Of a DNA stretch of 64,000 bases, positions 1-14,815 are shown in pieces. The position numbers were made by a program, and so were the translations under genes. Source of the DNA: Eledone cirrhosa (taxonomy: Eukaryota); the NCBI GenBank assembly GCA_964016885.1, contig OZ024740.1, positions 32,240,001 through 32,304,000 of the forward strand, read 5' to 3'. The notes below the pieces were generated by a model. The model was not told the origin of the DNA. It was given only the letters and a program-made list of their open reading frames with translations, and made no database searches. Every line of letters starts with the position of its first letter. The stretch's first letter is position 1.

Positions 1-3000
1 AGTATCTCCTTTCCAATCTAATATCTGATAGTATCTCCTTCCCATTCTAATGTCTGATAGTAACTCCTTCCCAATGTAATATCTGATAGTATCTCCTTCC
101 CAATCTAATATCTGATAGTATCTCCTTTCCAATCTAATATCTGATAGTATCTCCTTCCCAATCTAATGTCTGATAGTATCTCCTTCCCAATCTAATATCT
201 GACAGTAACTCCTTCCCAATCTAATATCTGACAGTAACTCCTTCCCAGTGTAATATCTGATAGTAACTCCTTCCCCTTCTAATATCTGATAGTAACTCCT
301 TCCCATTCTAATATCTGATAGTATCCCCTTCCCAATCTAATGTCTGATAGTATCTCCTTCCCAATCTAATATCTGACAGTAACTCCTTCCCAATCTAATA
401 TCTGATAGTATCTCCTTCCCAATCTAATATCTGATAGTATCTCCTTCCCAATCTAATGTCTGATAGTATCTCCTTCCCATTCTAATATCTGACAGTATCT
501 CCTTCCCATTCTAATATCTGACAGTATCTCCTTCCCATTCTAATATCTGATAGTATCTCCTTCCCAATCTAATATCTGACAGTAACTCCTTCCCAATCTA
601 ATATCTGATAGTATCTCCTTCCCAATCTAATATCTGATAGTATCTCCTTCCCAATCTAATGTCTGATAGTATCTCCTTCCCATTCTAATATCTGACAGTA
701 TCTCCTTCCCATTCTAATATCTGACAGTATCTCCTTCCCAATCTAATATCTGATAGTATCTCCTTCCCAATCTAATGTCTGATAGTATCTCCTTCCCAAT
801 CTAATATCTGATAGTATCTCCTTCCCAATCTAATATCTGATAGTATCTCCTTCCCAATCTTATGTCTGACAGTATCTCCTTCCCATTCTAATATCTGACA
901 GTAACTCCTTCCCAATGTAATATCTGATAGTAACTCCTTCCCAATCTAATGTCTGATAGTATCTCCTTCTCAATCTAATATCTGACAGTAACTCCTTCCC
1001 AATCTAATATCTGATAGTATCTCCTTCCCAATCTAATGTCTGACAGTATCTCCTTCCCAATCTAATATCTGAGAGTATCTCCTTCCCAATCTAATATCTG
1101 ATAGTAACTCCATCCCAATCTAATATCTGATAGTATCTCCTTCCCAATCTAATGTCTGACAGTAACTCCTTCCCAATCTAATATCTGATAGTATCTCCTT
1201 CCCAATCTAATGTCTGACAGTATCTCCTTCCCAATCTAATATCTGATAGTATCTCCTTCCCAATCTAATATCTGACAGTAACTCCTTTCCAATCTAATAT
1301 CTGACAGTATCTCCTTCCCAATCTAATGTCTGACAGTATCTCCTTCCATTCTAATATCTGACAGTAACTCCTTCCCAATGTAATATCTGATAGAATCTCC
1401 TTCCCAATCTAATATCTGATAGTATCTCCTTCCAAATCTAATGTCTGATAGTATCTCCTTCCCATTCTAATATCTGACAGTATCTCCTTCCCATTCTAAT
1501 GTCTGATAGTATCTCCTTCCCATTCTAATATCTGACAGTATCTTCTTCCCATTCTAATGTCTGATAGTATCCCCTTCCCATTCTAATATCTGATAGTATC
1601 TCCTTCCCAATCTAATGTCTGATAGTATCTCCTTCCCAATCTAATATCTGATAGTATCTCCTTCCCATTCTAATGTCTGATAGTAACTCCTTCCCAATGT
1701 AATATCTGATAGTATCTCCTTCCCAATCTAATATCTGATAGTATCTCCTTCCCAGTCTAATATCTGATAGTATCTCCTTCCCAATCTAATGTCTGATAGT
1801 ATCTCCTTCCCAATCTAATATCTGATAGTATCTCCTTCCCAATCTAATATCTGATAGTATCTCCTTCCCAATCTAATGTCTGACAGTATCTCCTTCCCAT
1901 TCTAATATCTGACAGTAACTCCTTCCCAATGTAATATCTGATAGTAACTCCTTCCCAATCTAATGTCTGATAGTATCTCCTTCTCAATCTAATATCTGAC
2001 AGTAACTCCTTCCCAATCTAATGTCTGATAGTAACTCCTTCCCAATCTAATGTCTGATAGTATCTCCTTCCCAATCTAATGTCTGACAGTAACTCCTTCC
2101 CATTCTAATATCTGATAGTATCTCCTTCCCAATCTAATGTCTGATAGTATCTCCTTCCCAATGTAATATCTGACAGTATCTCCTTCCCAATCTAATGTCT
2201 GATAGTATCTCCTTCTCATTCTAATATCTGATAGTATCTCCTTCCCAATCTAATGTCTGATAGTATCTCCTTCCCAATCTAATATCTGACAGTAACTCCT
2301 TCCCAATCTAATATCTGATAGTATCTCCTTCCCAATCTAATGTCTGATAGTATCTCCTTTCCATTCTAATATCTGATAGTATCTCCTTCCCATTCTAATA
2401 TCTGATAGTATCTCCTTCCCAATCTAATATCTGACAGTAACTCCTTCCCAATCTAATATCTGACAGTAACTCCTTCCCAGTGTAATATCTGATAGTAACT
2501 CCTTCCCATTCTAATATCTGATAGTAACTCCTTCCCATTCTAATATCTGATAGTATCCCCTTCCCAATCTAATGTCTGATAGTATCTCCTTCCCAATCTA
2601 ATATCTGACAGTAACTCCTTCCCAATCTAATATCTGATAGTATCTCCTTCCCAATCTAATATCTGATAGTATCTCCTTCCCAATCTAATGTCTGATAGTA
2701 TCTCCTTCCCATTCTAATATCTGACAGTATCTCCTTCCCATTCTAATATCTGACAGTATCTCCTTCCCATTCTAATATCTGATAGTATCTCCTTCCCAAT
2801 CTAATATCTGACAGTAACTCCTTCCCTAGCTCATATATCTGATAGTATCTCCTTCCCAATCTAATATCTGATAGTATCTCCTTCCCAATCTAATGTCTGA
2901 TAGTATCTCCTTCCCATTCTAATATCTGACAGTATCTCCTTCCCAATCTAATATCAGATAGTATCTCCTTCCCAATCTAATGTCTGATAGTATCTCCTTC

Positions 3001-6000
3001 CCAATCTAATATCTGATAGTAACTCCTTCCCAATCTAATGTCTGATAGTATCTCCTTCTCAATCTAATATCTGACAGTAACTCCTTCCCAATCTAATGTC
3101 TGATAGTAACTCCTTCCCAATCTAATGTCTGATAGTATCTCCTTCCCAATCTAATGTCTGACAGTAACTCCTTCCCATTCTAATATCTGATAGTATCTCC
3201 TTCCCAATCTAATGTCTGATAGTATCTCCTTCCCAATGTAATATCTGACAGTATCTCCTTCCCAATCTAATGTCTGATAGTATCTCCTTCTCATTCTAAT
3301 ATCTGATAGTATCTCCTTCCCAATCTAATGTCTGATAGTATCTCCTTCCCAATCTAATATCTGACAGTAACTCCTTCCCAATCTAATATCTGATAGTATC
3401 TCCTTCCCAATCTAATGTCTGATAGTATCTCCTTTCCATTCTAATATCTGATAGTATCTCCTTCCCATTCTAATATCTGATAGTATCTCCTTCCCAATCT
3501 AATATCTGACAGTAACTCCTTCCCAATCTAATATCTGACAGTAACTCCTTCCCAGTGTAATATCTGATAGTAACTCCTTCCCATTCTAATATCTGATAGT
3601 AACTCCTTCCCATTCTAATATCTGATAGTATCCCCTTCCCAATCTAATGTCTGATAGTATCTCCTTCCCAATCTAATATCTGACAGTAACTCCTTCCCAA
3701 TCTAATATCTGATAGTATCTCCTTCCCAATCTAATATCTGATAGTATCTCCTTCCCAATCTAATGTCTGATAGTATCTCCTTCCCATTCTAATATCTGAC
3801 AGTATCTCCTTCCCATTCTAATATCTGACAGTATCTCCTTCCCATTCTAATATCTGATAGTATCTCCTTCCCAATCTAATATCTGACAGTAACTCCTTCC
3901 CTAGCTCATATATCTGATAGTATCTCCTTCCCAATCTAATATCTGATAGTATCTCCTTCCCAATCTAATGTCTGATAGTATCTCCTTCCCATTCTAATAT
4001 CTGACAGTATCTCCTTCCCAATCTAATATCAGATAGTATCTCCTTCCCAATCTAATGTCTGATAGTATCTCCTTCCCAATCTAATATCTGATAGTATCTC
4101 CTTCCCAATCTAATATCTGATAGTATCTCCTTCCCAATCTAATGTCTGACAGTATCTCCTTCCCATTCTAATATCTGACAGTAACTCCTTCCCAATGTAA
4201 TATCTGATAGTAACTCCTTCCCAATCTAATGTCTGATAGTATCTCCTTCTCAATCTAATATCTGACAGTAACTCCTTCCCAATCTAATATCTGATAGTAT
4301 CTCCTTCCCAATCTAATGTCTGACAGTATCTCCTTCCCAATCTAATATCTGATAGTATCTCCTTCCCAATCTAATATCTGATAGTAACTCCATCCCAATC
4401 TAATATCTGATAGTATCTCCTTCCCAATCTAATGTCTGACAGTAACTCCTTCCCAATCTAATATCTGACAGTATCTCCTTCCCAATCTAATGTCTGACAG
4501 TATCTCCTTCCATTCTAATATCTGACAGTAACTCCTTCCCAATGTAATATCTGATAGTATCTCCTTCCCAATCTAATATCTGATAGTATCTCCTTCCCAA
4601 TCTAATGTCTGATAGTATCTCCTTCCCATTCTAATATCTGACAGTATCTCCTTCCCATTCTAATGTCTGATAGTAACTCCTTCCCAATGTAATATCTGAT
4701 AGTATCTCCTTCCCAATCTAATATCTGATAGTATCTCCTTCCCAATCTAATATCTGATAGTATCTCCTTCCCAATCTAATGTCTGATAGTATCTCCTTCC
4801 CAATCTAATATCTGACAGTAACTCCTTCCCAATCTAATATCTGACATTAACTCCTTTCCAGTGTAATATCTGATAGTAACTCCTTCCCATTCTAATATCT
4901 GATAGTAACTCCTTCCCATTCTAATATCTGATAGTATCCCCTTCCCAATCTAATGTCTGATAGTATCTCCTTCCCAATCTAATATCAGACAGTAACTCCT
5001 TCCCAATCTAATATCTGATAGTATCTCCTTCCCAATCTAATATCTGATAGTATCTCCTTCCCAATCTAATGTCTGATAGTATCTCCTTCCCATTCTAATA
5101 TCTGACAGTATCTCCTTCCCATTCTAATATCTGACAGTATCTCCTTCCCATTCTAATATCTGATAGTATCTCCTTTCCAATCTAATATCTGACAGTAACT
5201 CCTTCCCAAACTAATATCTGATAGTATCTCCTTCCCAATCTAATATCTGATAGTATCTCCTTCCCAATCTAATGTCTGATAGTATCTCCTTCCCATTCTA
5301 ATATCTGACAGTATCTCCTTCCCATTCTAATATCTGACAGTATCTCCTTCCCAATCTAATATCTGATAGTATCTCCTTCCCAATCTAATGTCTGATAGTA
5401 TCTCCTTCCCAATCTAATATCTGATAGTATCTCCTTCCCAATCTAATACCTGATAGTATCTCCTTCCCAATCTAATGTCTGACAGTATCTCCTTCCCATT
5501 CTAATATCTGACAGTAACTCCTTCCCAATGTAATATCTGATAGTAACTCCTTCCCAATCTAATGTCTGATAGTATCTCCTTCTCAATCTAATATCTGACA
5601 GTAACTCCTTCCCAATCTAATATCTGATAGTATCTCCTTCCCAATCTAATGTCTGACAGTATCTCCTTCCCAATCTAATATCTGATAGTATCTCCTTCCC
5701 AATCTAATATCTGACAGTAACTCCTTCCCAATCTAATATCTGACAGTATCTCCTTCCCAATCTAATGTCTGACAGTATCTCCTTCCATTCTAATATCTGA
5801 CAGTAACTCCTTCCCAATGTAATATCTGATAGTATCTCCTTCCCAATCTAATATCTGATAGTATCTCCTTCCCAATCTAATGTCTGATAGTATCTCCTTC
5901 CCATTCTAATATCTGACAGTATCTCCTTCCCATTCTAATGTCTGATAGTATCTCCTTCCCATTCTAATATCTGACAGTATCTTCTTCCCATTCTAATGTC

Positions 6001-9000
6001 TGATAGTATCCCCTTCCCATTCTAATATCTGATAGTATCTCCTTCCCAATCTAATGTCTGATAGTATCTCCTTTCCAATCTAATATCTGATAGTATCTCC
6101 TTCCCATTCTAATGTCTGATAGTAACTCCTTCCCAATGTAATATCTGATAGTATCTCCTTCCCAATCTAATATCTGATAGTATCTCCTTTCCAATCTAAT
6201 ATCTGATAGTATCTCCTTCCCAATCTAATGTCTGATAGTATCTCCTTCCCAATCTAATATCTGACAGTAACTCCTTCCCAATCTAATATCTGACAGTAAC
6301 TCCTTCCCAGTGTAATATCTGATAGTAACTCCTTCCCCTTCTAATATCTGATAGTAACTCCTTCCCATTCTAATATCTGATAGTATCCCCTTCCCAATCT
6401 AATGTCTGATAGTATCTCCTTCCCAATCTAATATCTGACAGTAACTCCTTCCCAATCTAATATCTGATAGTATCTCCTTCCCAATCTAATATCTGATAGT
6501 ATCTCCTTCCCAATCTAATGTCTGATAGTATCTCCTTCCCATTCTAATATCTGACAGTATCTCCTTCCCATTCTAATATCTGACAGTATCTCCTTCCCAT
6601 TCTAATATCTGATAGTATCTCCTTCCCAATCTAATATCTGACAGTAACTCCTTCCCAATCTAATATCTGATAGTATCTCCTTCCCAATCTAATATCTGAT
6701 AGTATCTCCTTCCCAATCTAATGTCTGATAGTATCTCCTTCCCATTCTAATATCTGACAGTATCTCCTTTCCATTCTAATATCTGACAGTATCTCCTTCC
6801 CAATCTAATATCTGATAGTATCTCCTTCCCAATCTAATGTCTGATAGTATCTCCTTCCCAATCTAATATCTGATAGTATCTCCTTCCCAATCTAATATCT
6901 GATAGTATCTCCTTCCCAATCTTATGTCTGACAGTATCTCCTTCCCATTCTAATATCTGACAGTAACTCCTTCCCAATGTAATATCTGATAGTAACTCCT
7001 TCCCAATCTAATGTCTGATAGTATCTCCTTCTCAATCTAATATCTGACAGTAACTCCTTCCCAATCTAATATCTGATAGTATCTCCTTCCCAATCTAATG
7101 TCTGACAGTATCTCCTTCCCAATCTAATATCTGAGAGTATCTCCTTCCCAATCTAATATCTGATAGTAACTCCATCCCAATCTAATATCTGATAGTATCT
7201 CCTTCCCAATCTAATGTCTGACAGTAACTCCTTCCCAATCTAATATCTGATAGTATCTCCTTCCCAATCTAATGTCTGACAGTATCTCCTTCCCAATCTA
7301 ATATCTGATAGTATCTCCTTCCCAATCTAATATCTGACAGTAACTCCTTTCCAATCTAATATCTGACAGTATCTCCTTCCCAATCTAATGTCTGACAGTA
7401 TCTCCTTCCATTCTAATATCTGACAGTAACTCCTTCCCAATGTAATATCTGATAGAATCTCCTTCCCAATCTAATATCTGATAGTATCTCCTTCCAAATC
7501 TAATGTCTGATAGTATCTCCTTCCCATTCTAATATCTGACAGTATCTCCTTCCCATTCTAATGTCTGATAGTATCTCCTTCCCATTCTAATATCTGACAG
7601 TATCTTCTTCCCATTCTAATGTCTGATAGTATCCCCTTCCCATTCTAATATCTGATAGTATCTCCTTCCCAATCTAATGTCTGATAGTATCTCCTTCCCA
7701 ATCTAATATCTGATAGTATCTCCTTCCCATTCTAATGTCTGATAGTAACTCCTTCCCAATGTAATATCTGATAGTATCTCCTTCCCAATCTAATATCTGA
7801 TAGTATCTCCTTCCCAGTCTAATATCTGATAGTATCTCCTTCCCAATCTAATGTCTGATAGTATCTCCTTCCCAATCTAATATCTGATAGTATCTCCTTC
7901 CCAATCTAATATCTGATAGTATCTCCTTCCCAATCTAATGTCTGACAGTATCTCCTTCCCATTCTAATATCTGACAGTAACTCCTTCCCAATGTAATATC
8001 TGATAGTAACTCCTTCCCAATCTAATGTCTGATAGTATCTCCTTCTCAATCTAATATCTGACAGTAACTCCTTCCCAATCTAATGTCTGATAGTAACTCC
8101 TTCCCAATCTAATGTCTGATAGTATCTCCTTCCCAATCTAATGTCTGACAGTAACTCCTTCCCATTCTAATATCTGATAGTATCTCCTTCCCAATCTAAT
8201 GTCTGATAGTATCTCCTTCCCAATGTAATATCTGACAGTATCTCCTTCCCAATCTAATGTCTGATAGTATCTCCTTCTCATTCTAATATCTGATAGTATC
8301 TCCTTCCCAATCTAATGTCTGATAGTATCTCCTTCCCAATCTAATATCTGACAGTAACTCCTTCCCAATCTAATATCTGATAGTATCTCCTTCCCAATCT
8401 AATGTCTGATAGTATCTCCTTTCCATTCTAATATCTGATAGTATCTCCTTCCCATTCTAATATCTGATAGTATCTCCTTCCCAATCTAATATCTGACAGT
8501 AACTCCTTCCCAATCTAATATCTGACAGTAACTCCTTCCCAGTGTAATATCTGATAGTAACTCCTTCCCATTCTAATATCTGATAGTAACTCCTTCCCAT
8601 TCTAATATCTGATAGTATCCCCTTCCCAATCTAATGTCTGATAGTATCTCCTTCCCAATCTAATATCTGACAGTAACTCCTTCCCAATCTAATATCTGAT
8701 AGTATCTCCTTCCCAATCTAATATCTGATAGTATCTCCTTCCCAATCTAATGTCTGATAGTATCTCCTTCCCATTCTAATATCCGACAGTATCTCCTTCC
8801 CATTCTAATATCTGACAGTATCTCCTTCCCATTCTAATATCTGATAGTATCTCCTTCCCAATCTAATATCTGACAGTAACTCCTTCCCTAGCTCATATAT
8901 CTGATAGTATCTCCTTCCCAATCTAATATCTGATAGTATCTCCTTCCCAATCTAATGTCTGATAGTATCTCCTTCCCATTCTAATATCTGACAGTATCTC

Positions 9001-12000
9001 CTTCCCAATCTAATATCAGATAGTATCTCCTTCCCAATCTAATGTCTGATAGTATCTCCTTCCCAATCTAATATCTGATAGTATCTCCTTCCCAATCTAA
9101 TATCTGATAGTATCTCCTTCCCAATCTAATGTCTGACAGTATCTCCTTCCCATTCTAATATCTGACAGTAACTCCTTCCCAATGTAATATCTGATAGTAA
9201 CTCCTTCCCAATCTAATGTCTGATAGTATCTCCTTCTCAATCTAATATCTGACAGTAACTCCTTCCCAATCTAATATCTGATAGTATCTCCTTCCCAATC
9301 TAATGTCTGACAGTATCTCCTTCCCAATCTAATATCTGATAGTATCTCCTTCCCAATCTAATATCTGATAGTAACTCCATCCCAATCTAATATCTGATAG
9401 TATCTCCTTCCCAATCTAATGTCTGACAGTAACTCCTTCCCAATCTAATATCTGACAGTATCTCCTTCCCAATCTAATGTCTGACAGTATCTCCTTCCAT
9501 TCTAATATCTGACAGTAACTCCTTCCCAATGTAATATCTGATAGTATCTCCTTCCCAATCTAATATCTGATAGTATCTCCTTCCCAATCTAATGTCTGAT
9601 AGTATCTCCTTCCCATTCTAATATCTGACAGTATCTCCTTCCCATTCTAATGTCTGATAGTAACTCCTTCCCAATGTAATATCTGATAGTATCTCCTTCC
9701 CAATCTAATATCTGATAGTATCTCCTTCCCAATCTAATATCTGATAGTATCTCCTTCCCAATCTAATGTCTGATAGTATCTCCTTCCCAATCTAATATCT
9801 GACAGTAACTCCTTCCCAATCTAATATCTGACATTAACTCCTTTCCAGTGTAATATCTGATAGTAACTCCTTCCCATTCTAATATCTGATAGTAACTCCT
9901 TCCCATTCTAATATCTGATAGTATCCCCTTCCCAATCTAATGTCTGATAGTATCTCCTTCCCAATCTAATATCAGACAGTAACTCCTTCCCAATCTAATA
10001 TCTGATAGTATCTCCTTCCCAATCTAATATCTGATAGTATCTCCTTCCCAATCTAATGTCTGATAGTATCTCCTTCCCATTCTAATATCTGACAGTATCT
10101 CCTTCCCATTCTAATATCTGACAGTATCTCCTTCCCATTCTAATATCTGATAGTATCTCCTTTCCAATCTAATATCTGACAGTAACTCCTTCCCAAACTA
10201 ATATCTGATAGTATCTCCTTCCCAATCTAATATCTGATAGTATCTCCTTCCCAATCTAATGTCTGATAGTATCTCCTTCCCATTCTAATATCTGACAGTA
10301 TCTCCTTCCCATTCTAATATCTGACAGTATCTCCTTCCCAATCTAATATCTGATAGTATCTCCTTCCCAATCTAATGTCTGATAGTATCTCCTTCCCAAT
10401 CTAATATCTGATAGTATCTCCTTCCCAATCTAATACCTGATAGTATCTCCTTCCCAATCTAATGTCTGACAGTATCTCCTTCCCATTCTAATATCTGACA
10501 GTAACTCCTTCCCAATGTAATATCTGATAGTAACTCCTTCCCAATCTAATGTCTGATAGTATCTCCTTCTCAATCTAATATCTGACAGTAACTCCTTCCC
10601 AATCTAATATCTGATAGTATCTCCTTCCCAATCTAATGTCTGACAGTATCTCCTTCCCAATCTAATATCTGATAGTATCTCCTTCCCAATCTAATATCTG
10701 ATAGTAACTCCATCCCAATCTAATATCTGATAGTATCTCCTTCCCAATCTAATGTCTGACAGTAACTCCTTCCTAATCTAATATCTGATAGTATCTCCTT
10801 CCCAATCTAATGTCTGACAGTATCTCCTTCCCAATCTAATATCTGATAGTATCTCCTTCCCAATCTAATATCTGACAGTAACTCCTTCCCAATCTAATAT
10901 CTGACAGTATCTCCTTCCCAATCTAATGTCTGACAGTATCTCCTTCCATTCTAATATCTGACAGTAACTCCTTCCCAATGTAATATCTGATAGAATCTCC
11001 TTCCCAATCTAATATCTGATAGTATCTCCTTCCCAATCTAATGTCTGATAGTATCTCCTTCCCATTCTAATATCTGACAGTATCTCCTTCCCATTCTAAT
11101 GTCTGATAGTATCTTCTTCCCATTCTAATATCTGACAGTATCTTCTTCCCATTCTAATGTCTGATAGTATCCCCTTCCCATTCTAATATCTGATAGTATC
11201 TCCTTCCCAATCTAATGTCTGATAGTATCTCCTTCCCAATCTAATATCTGATAGTATCTCCTTCCCATTCTAATGTCTGATAGTAACTCCTTCCCAATGT
11301 AATATCTGATAGTATCTCCTTCCCAATCTAATATCTGATAGTATCTCCTTCCCAATCTAATATCTGATAGTATCTCCTTCCCAATCTAATGTCTGATAGT
11401 ATCTCCTTCCCAATCTAATATCTGATAGTATCTCCTTCCCAATCTAATATCTGATAGTATCTCCTTCCCAATCTAATGTCTGACAATATCTCCTTCCCAT
11501 TCTAATATCTGACAGTAACTCCTTCTCAATCTAATATCTGACAGTAACTCCTTCCCAACCTAATATCTGATAGTATCTCCTTCCCAATCTAATGTCTGAC
11601 AGTATCTCCTTCCCAATCTAATATCTGATAGTATCTCCTTCCCAATCTAATATCTGATAGTAACTCCTTCCCAATCTAATATCTGATAGTATCTCCTTCC
11701 CAATCTAATGTCTGACAGTAACTCCTTCCCAATCTAAAATCTGATAGTATCTCCTTCCCAATCTAATGTCTGACAGTATCTCCTTCCCAATCTAATATCT
11801 GATAGTATCTCCTTCCCAATCTAATATCTGACAGTAACTCCTTCCCAATCTAATATCTGACAGTATCTCCTTCCCAATCTAATGTCTGACAGTATCTCCT
11901 TCCATTCTAATATCTGACAGTAACTCCTTCCCAATGTAATATCTGATAGTATCTCCTTCCCAATCTAATATCTGATAGTATCTCCTTCCCAATCTAATGT

Positions 12001-13690
12001 CTGATAGTATCTCCTTCCCATTCTAATATCTGACAGTATCTCCTTCCCATTCTAATGTCTGATAGTATCCCCTTCCCATTCTAATATCTGACAGTATCTT
12101 CTTCCCATTCTAATGTCTGATAGTATCCCCTTCCCATTCTAATATCTGATAGTATCTCCTTCCCAATCTAATGTCTGATAGTATCTCCTTCCCAATCTAA
12201 TATCTGATAGTATCTCCTTCCCATTCTAATGTCTGATAGTAACTCCTTCCCAATGTAATAACTGATAGTATCTCCTTCCCAATCTAATATCTGATAGTAT
12301 CTCCTTCCCAATCTAATATCTGACAGTAACTCCTTCCCAATCTAATATCTGATAGTATCTCCTTCCCAATCTAATATCTGATAGTATCTCCTTCCCAATC
12401 TAATGTCTGATAGTATCTCCTTTCCAATCTAATGTCTGATAGTATCTCCTTCCCAATGTAATGTCTGATAGTATCTCCTTCCCAATGTAATATCTGACAG
12501 TAACTCCTTCCCAATCTAATATCTGATAGTATCTCCTTCCCAATCTAATATCTGATAGTATCTCCTTCCCAATCTAATATCTGATACTATCTCCTTCCCA
12601 ATCTAATATCTGACAGTAACTCCTTCCCAATCTAATGTCTGACAATAACTCCTTCCCAATGTAATGTCTGATAGTATCTCCTTCCCAATCTAATGTCTGA
12701 TAGTATCTCCTTCCCAATCTAATATCTGATAGTATCTCCTTCCCAACCTAATCTCTGATAGTATCTCCTTCCCAATCTAATATCTGATAGTATCTCCTTC
12801 CCAATCTAATATCTGACAGTAACTCTTTCCCATTCTAATATCTGATAGTATCTCCTTCCCAATCTAATATCTGATAGTAACTCCTTCCCATTCTAATATC
12901 TGATAGTATCTCCTTCCCAATCTAATGTCTAACAGTAACTCCTTCCCATTCTAATATCTGATAGTATCTCCTTCCCAATCTAATGTCTGATAGTATCTCC
13001 TTTCCATTCTAATATCTGATAGTATCTCCTTCCCAATCTAATGTCTGATAGTATCTCCTTCCCAATCTAATATCTGATAGTATCTCCTTCCCAATCTAAT
13101 ATCTGATAGTATCTCCTTCCCAATCTAATATCTGACAGTAACTCCTTCCCAATCTAATGTCTGATAGTATCTCCTTCCCAATCTAATATCTGATAGTATC
13201 TCCTTTCCAATCTAATGTCTGATAGTATCTCCTTCCCAATCTAATATCTGATAGTAACTCCTTTCCAATCTAATGTCTGATAGTATCTCCTTCCCAATCT
13301 AATATCTGATAGTATCTCCTTCCCAATCTAATATCTGACAGTAACTCCTTCCCAATCTAATGTCTGATAGTATCTCCTTCCCAATCTAATGTCTGATAGT
13401 GTCTCCTTCCCAATCTAATATCTGACAGTAACTCCTTCCCAATCTAATATCTGATAGTATCTCCTTTCCAATCTAATGTCTGACAGTAACTCCTTCCCAT
13501 TCTAATATCTGATAGTATCTCCTTCCCAATCTAATATCTGACAGTAACTCCTTCCCAATCTAATATCTGATAGTATCTCCTTCCCAATCTAATATCTGAC
13601 AGTAACTCCTTCCCAATCTAATATCTGATAGTATCTCCTTCCCAATCTAATGTCTGATAACATCTCGTTCCCAAACTGATATCTGATGGT
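1..13690. repeat. 29-bp tandem satellite (AGTATCTCCTTCCCAATCTAATATCTGAT)n, about 470 monomers, runs off the left edge
   Basis: Continuous 29-bp monomers with a few recurrent variants (TATC/TAAC, CAAT/CATT, ATAT/ATGT, GATA/GACA); degenerate last monomer at about 13659-13690. Confidence 0.98.
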
Positions 13691-13879
13691 TTCAACAATT
13701 ATCACCATGTAATCTGTATCATTCAGTAAAGAACCATTTTTCAAGCCAAATGCAGTCAAGGTTTCGCTCATTGCAGACATTTGATCAATTAAAAATATGG
13801 TTTTGTGCCTCTGAAACTCAGAGTAAAGCTGTGAGAGTCATTAACTGCCTACCTACACACACACACATGTATATCACTG

Positions 13880-14100
13880 TCATCAATGATGTTTTACATT
13901 TTTTTTTCCACACTGGCATGGGTTATGTTCTAAGAATAGACAAGTCAGATGACCACATCTCGCTCATACATTTCATTTTGTCATGGTTTCTATGGACAGC
14001 TGCCCTTCCTAATGCCAACCACTTTACAGAGATTACAATTTACTGGGTGCATTTTAAGTGGCACCAACACCCGGGCAATCATTGTATCTTCAGCCAGGCA
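13880..14100 (-). mobile_element. Degenerate SINE or RTE-LINE 3'-tail fragment
   Basis: GGACAGCTGCCCTTCCTAATGCCAACCACTTTACAG is a diverged reverse complement of CTGTAAATGAGGTTGGTGTTAGGAAGGGCATCCAGC in the SINE at 42303-42340. Confidence 0.55.
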
Positions 14101-14502
14101 GAGAGAGTAGTGATTGGAGTTGGAGAGGACAATGGTACTGACACAGTGTGATTCAGGTAGAGCTACCTCACAATACCTGTGTAAGAGTGCTCATAATGAG
14201 ATTTGAAAGACCAAAAAGATTTAGAAATAAACTATTTTTGTTGAAAGTTTATTTACATACAGTGCAAGCCTGACTTGCTAATTAGCAATAGCAGTAATGA
14301 AGCATGATTCAGAATAAAGATGTATATAGACTCATATACAATATGTATATGTATGATATTATCTATCATCATTGTTTAACATGTTTTCCCTGATCTCTCC
14401 AAAATGGCTGACTGAATATGCACATGTTACCCCCCTCCCCCCACACGCGTCCTTCCTCTTACCACTCTTTATCCTTCTATTTCATCTTTTATTTCTTATT
14501 CT

Positions 14503-14540
14503 ATCTTCTGATGAAGGACTAGTGTCCAAAACGTTAAGAC
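14503..14540 (+). ncRNA. Degenerate minimal type-I hammerhead ribozyme (Penelope-type)
   Basis: TCTT-CTGATGA-A-GGAC(TAGT)GTCC-AAAAC-GTT-AAGA: stems I and II and palindromic AACGTT are present, but catalytic G12 is replaced by A (AAAA for GAAA). Confidence 0.6.
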
Positions 14541-14694
14541 TCTTTTCCTATTATTTCAAGTATTAAACAAATATATTTCTTTGTTGTACTGTCTTGTTTG
14601 CTTTGTTATTTCTGTTCACTTTTTACACACACACACACATGCATGCATGCACTCCTCTCTCTCTCTCGCACACACACCCATATATATATCACAC

Positions 14695-14815
14695 TAGCCT
14701 AATACTTTATTGACCCTGATGGTATGAAAGGCAACATTGACCTTGGCAGGATTTGAACCTAGAACACAAAGGAAAAGAATAAATACCACAAAGCATTTAG
14801 TCTGCCACTTCACTG
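14695..14815 (-). mobile_element. SINE fragment
   Basis: TTTATTGACCCTGATGGTATGAAAGGCAACATTGACCTTGGCAGGATTTGAAC is similar to 24817-24875; the reverse strand contains the B-box-like GTTCAAATCC. Confidence 0.6.
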
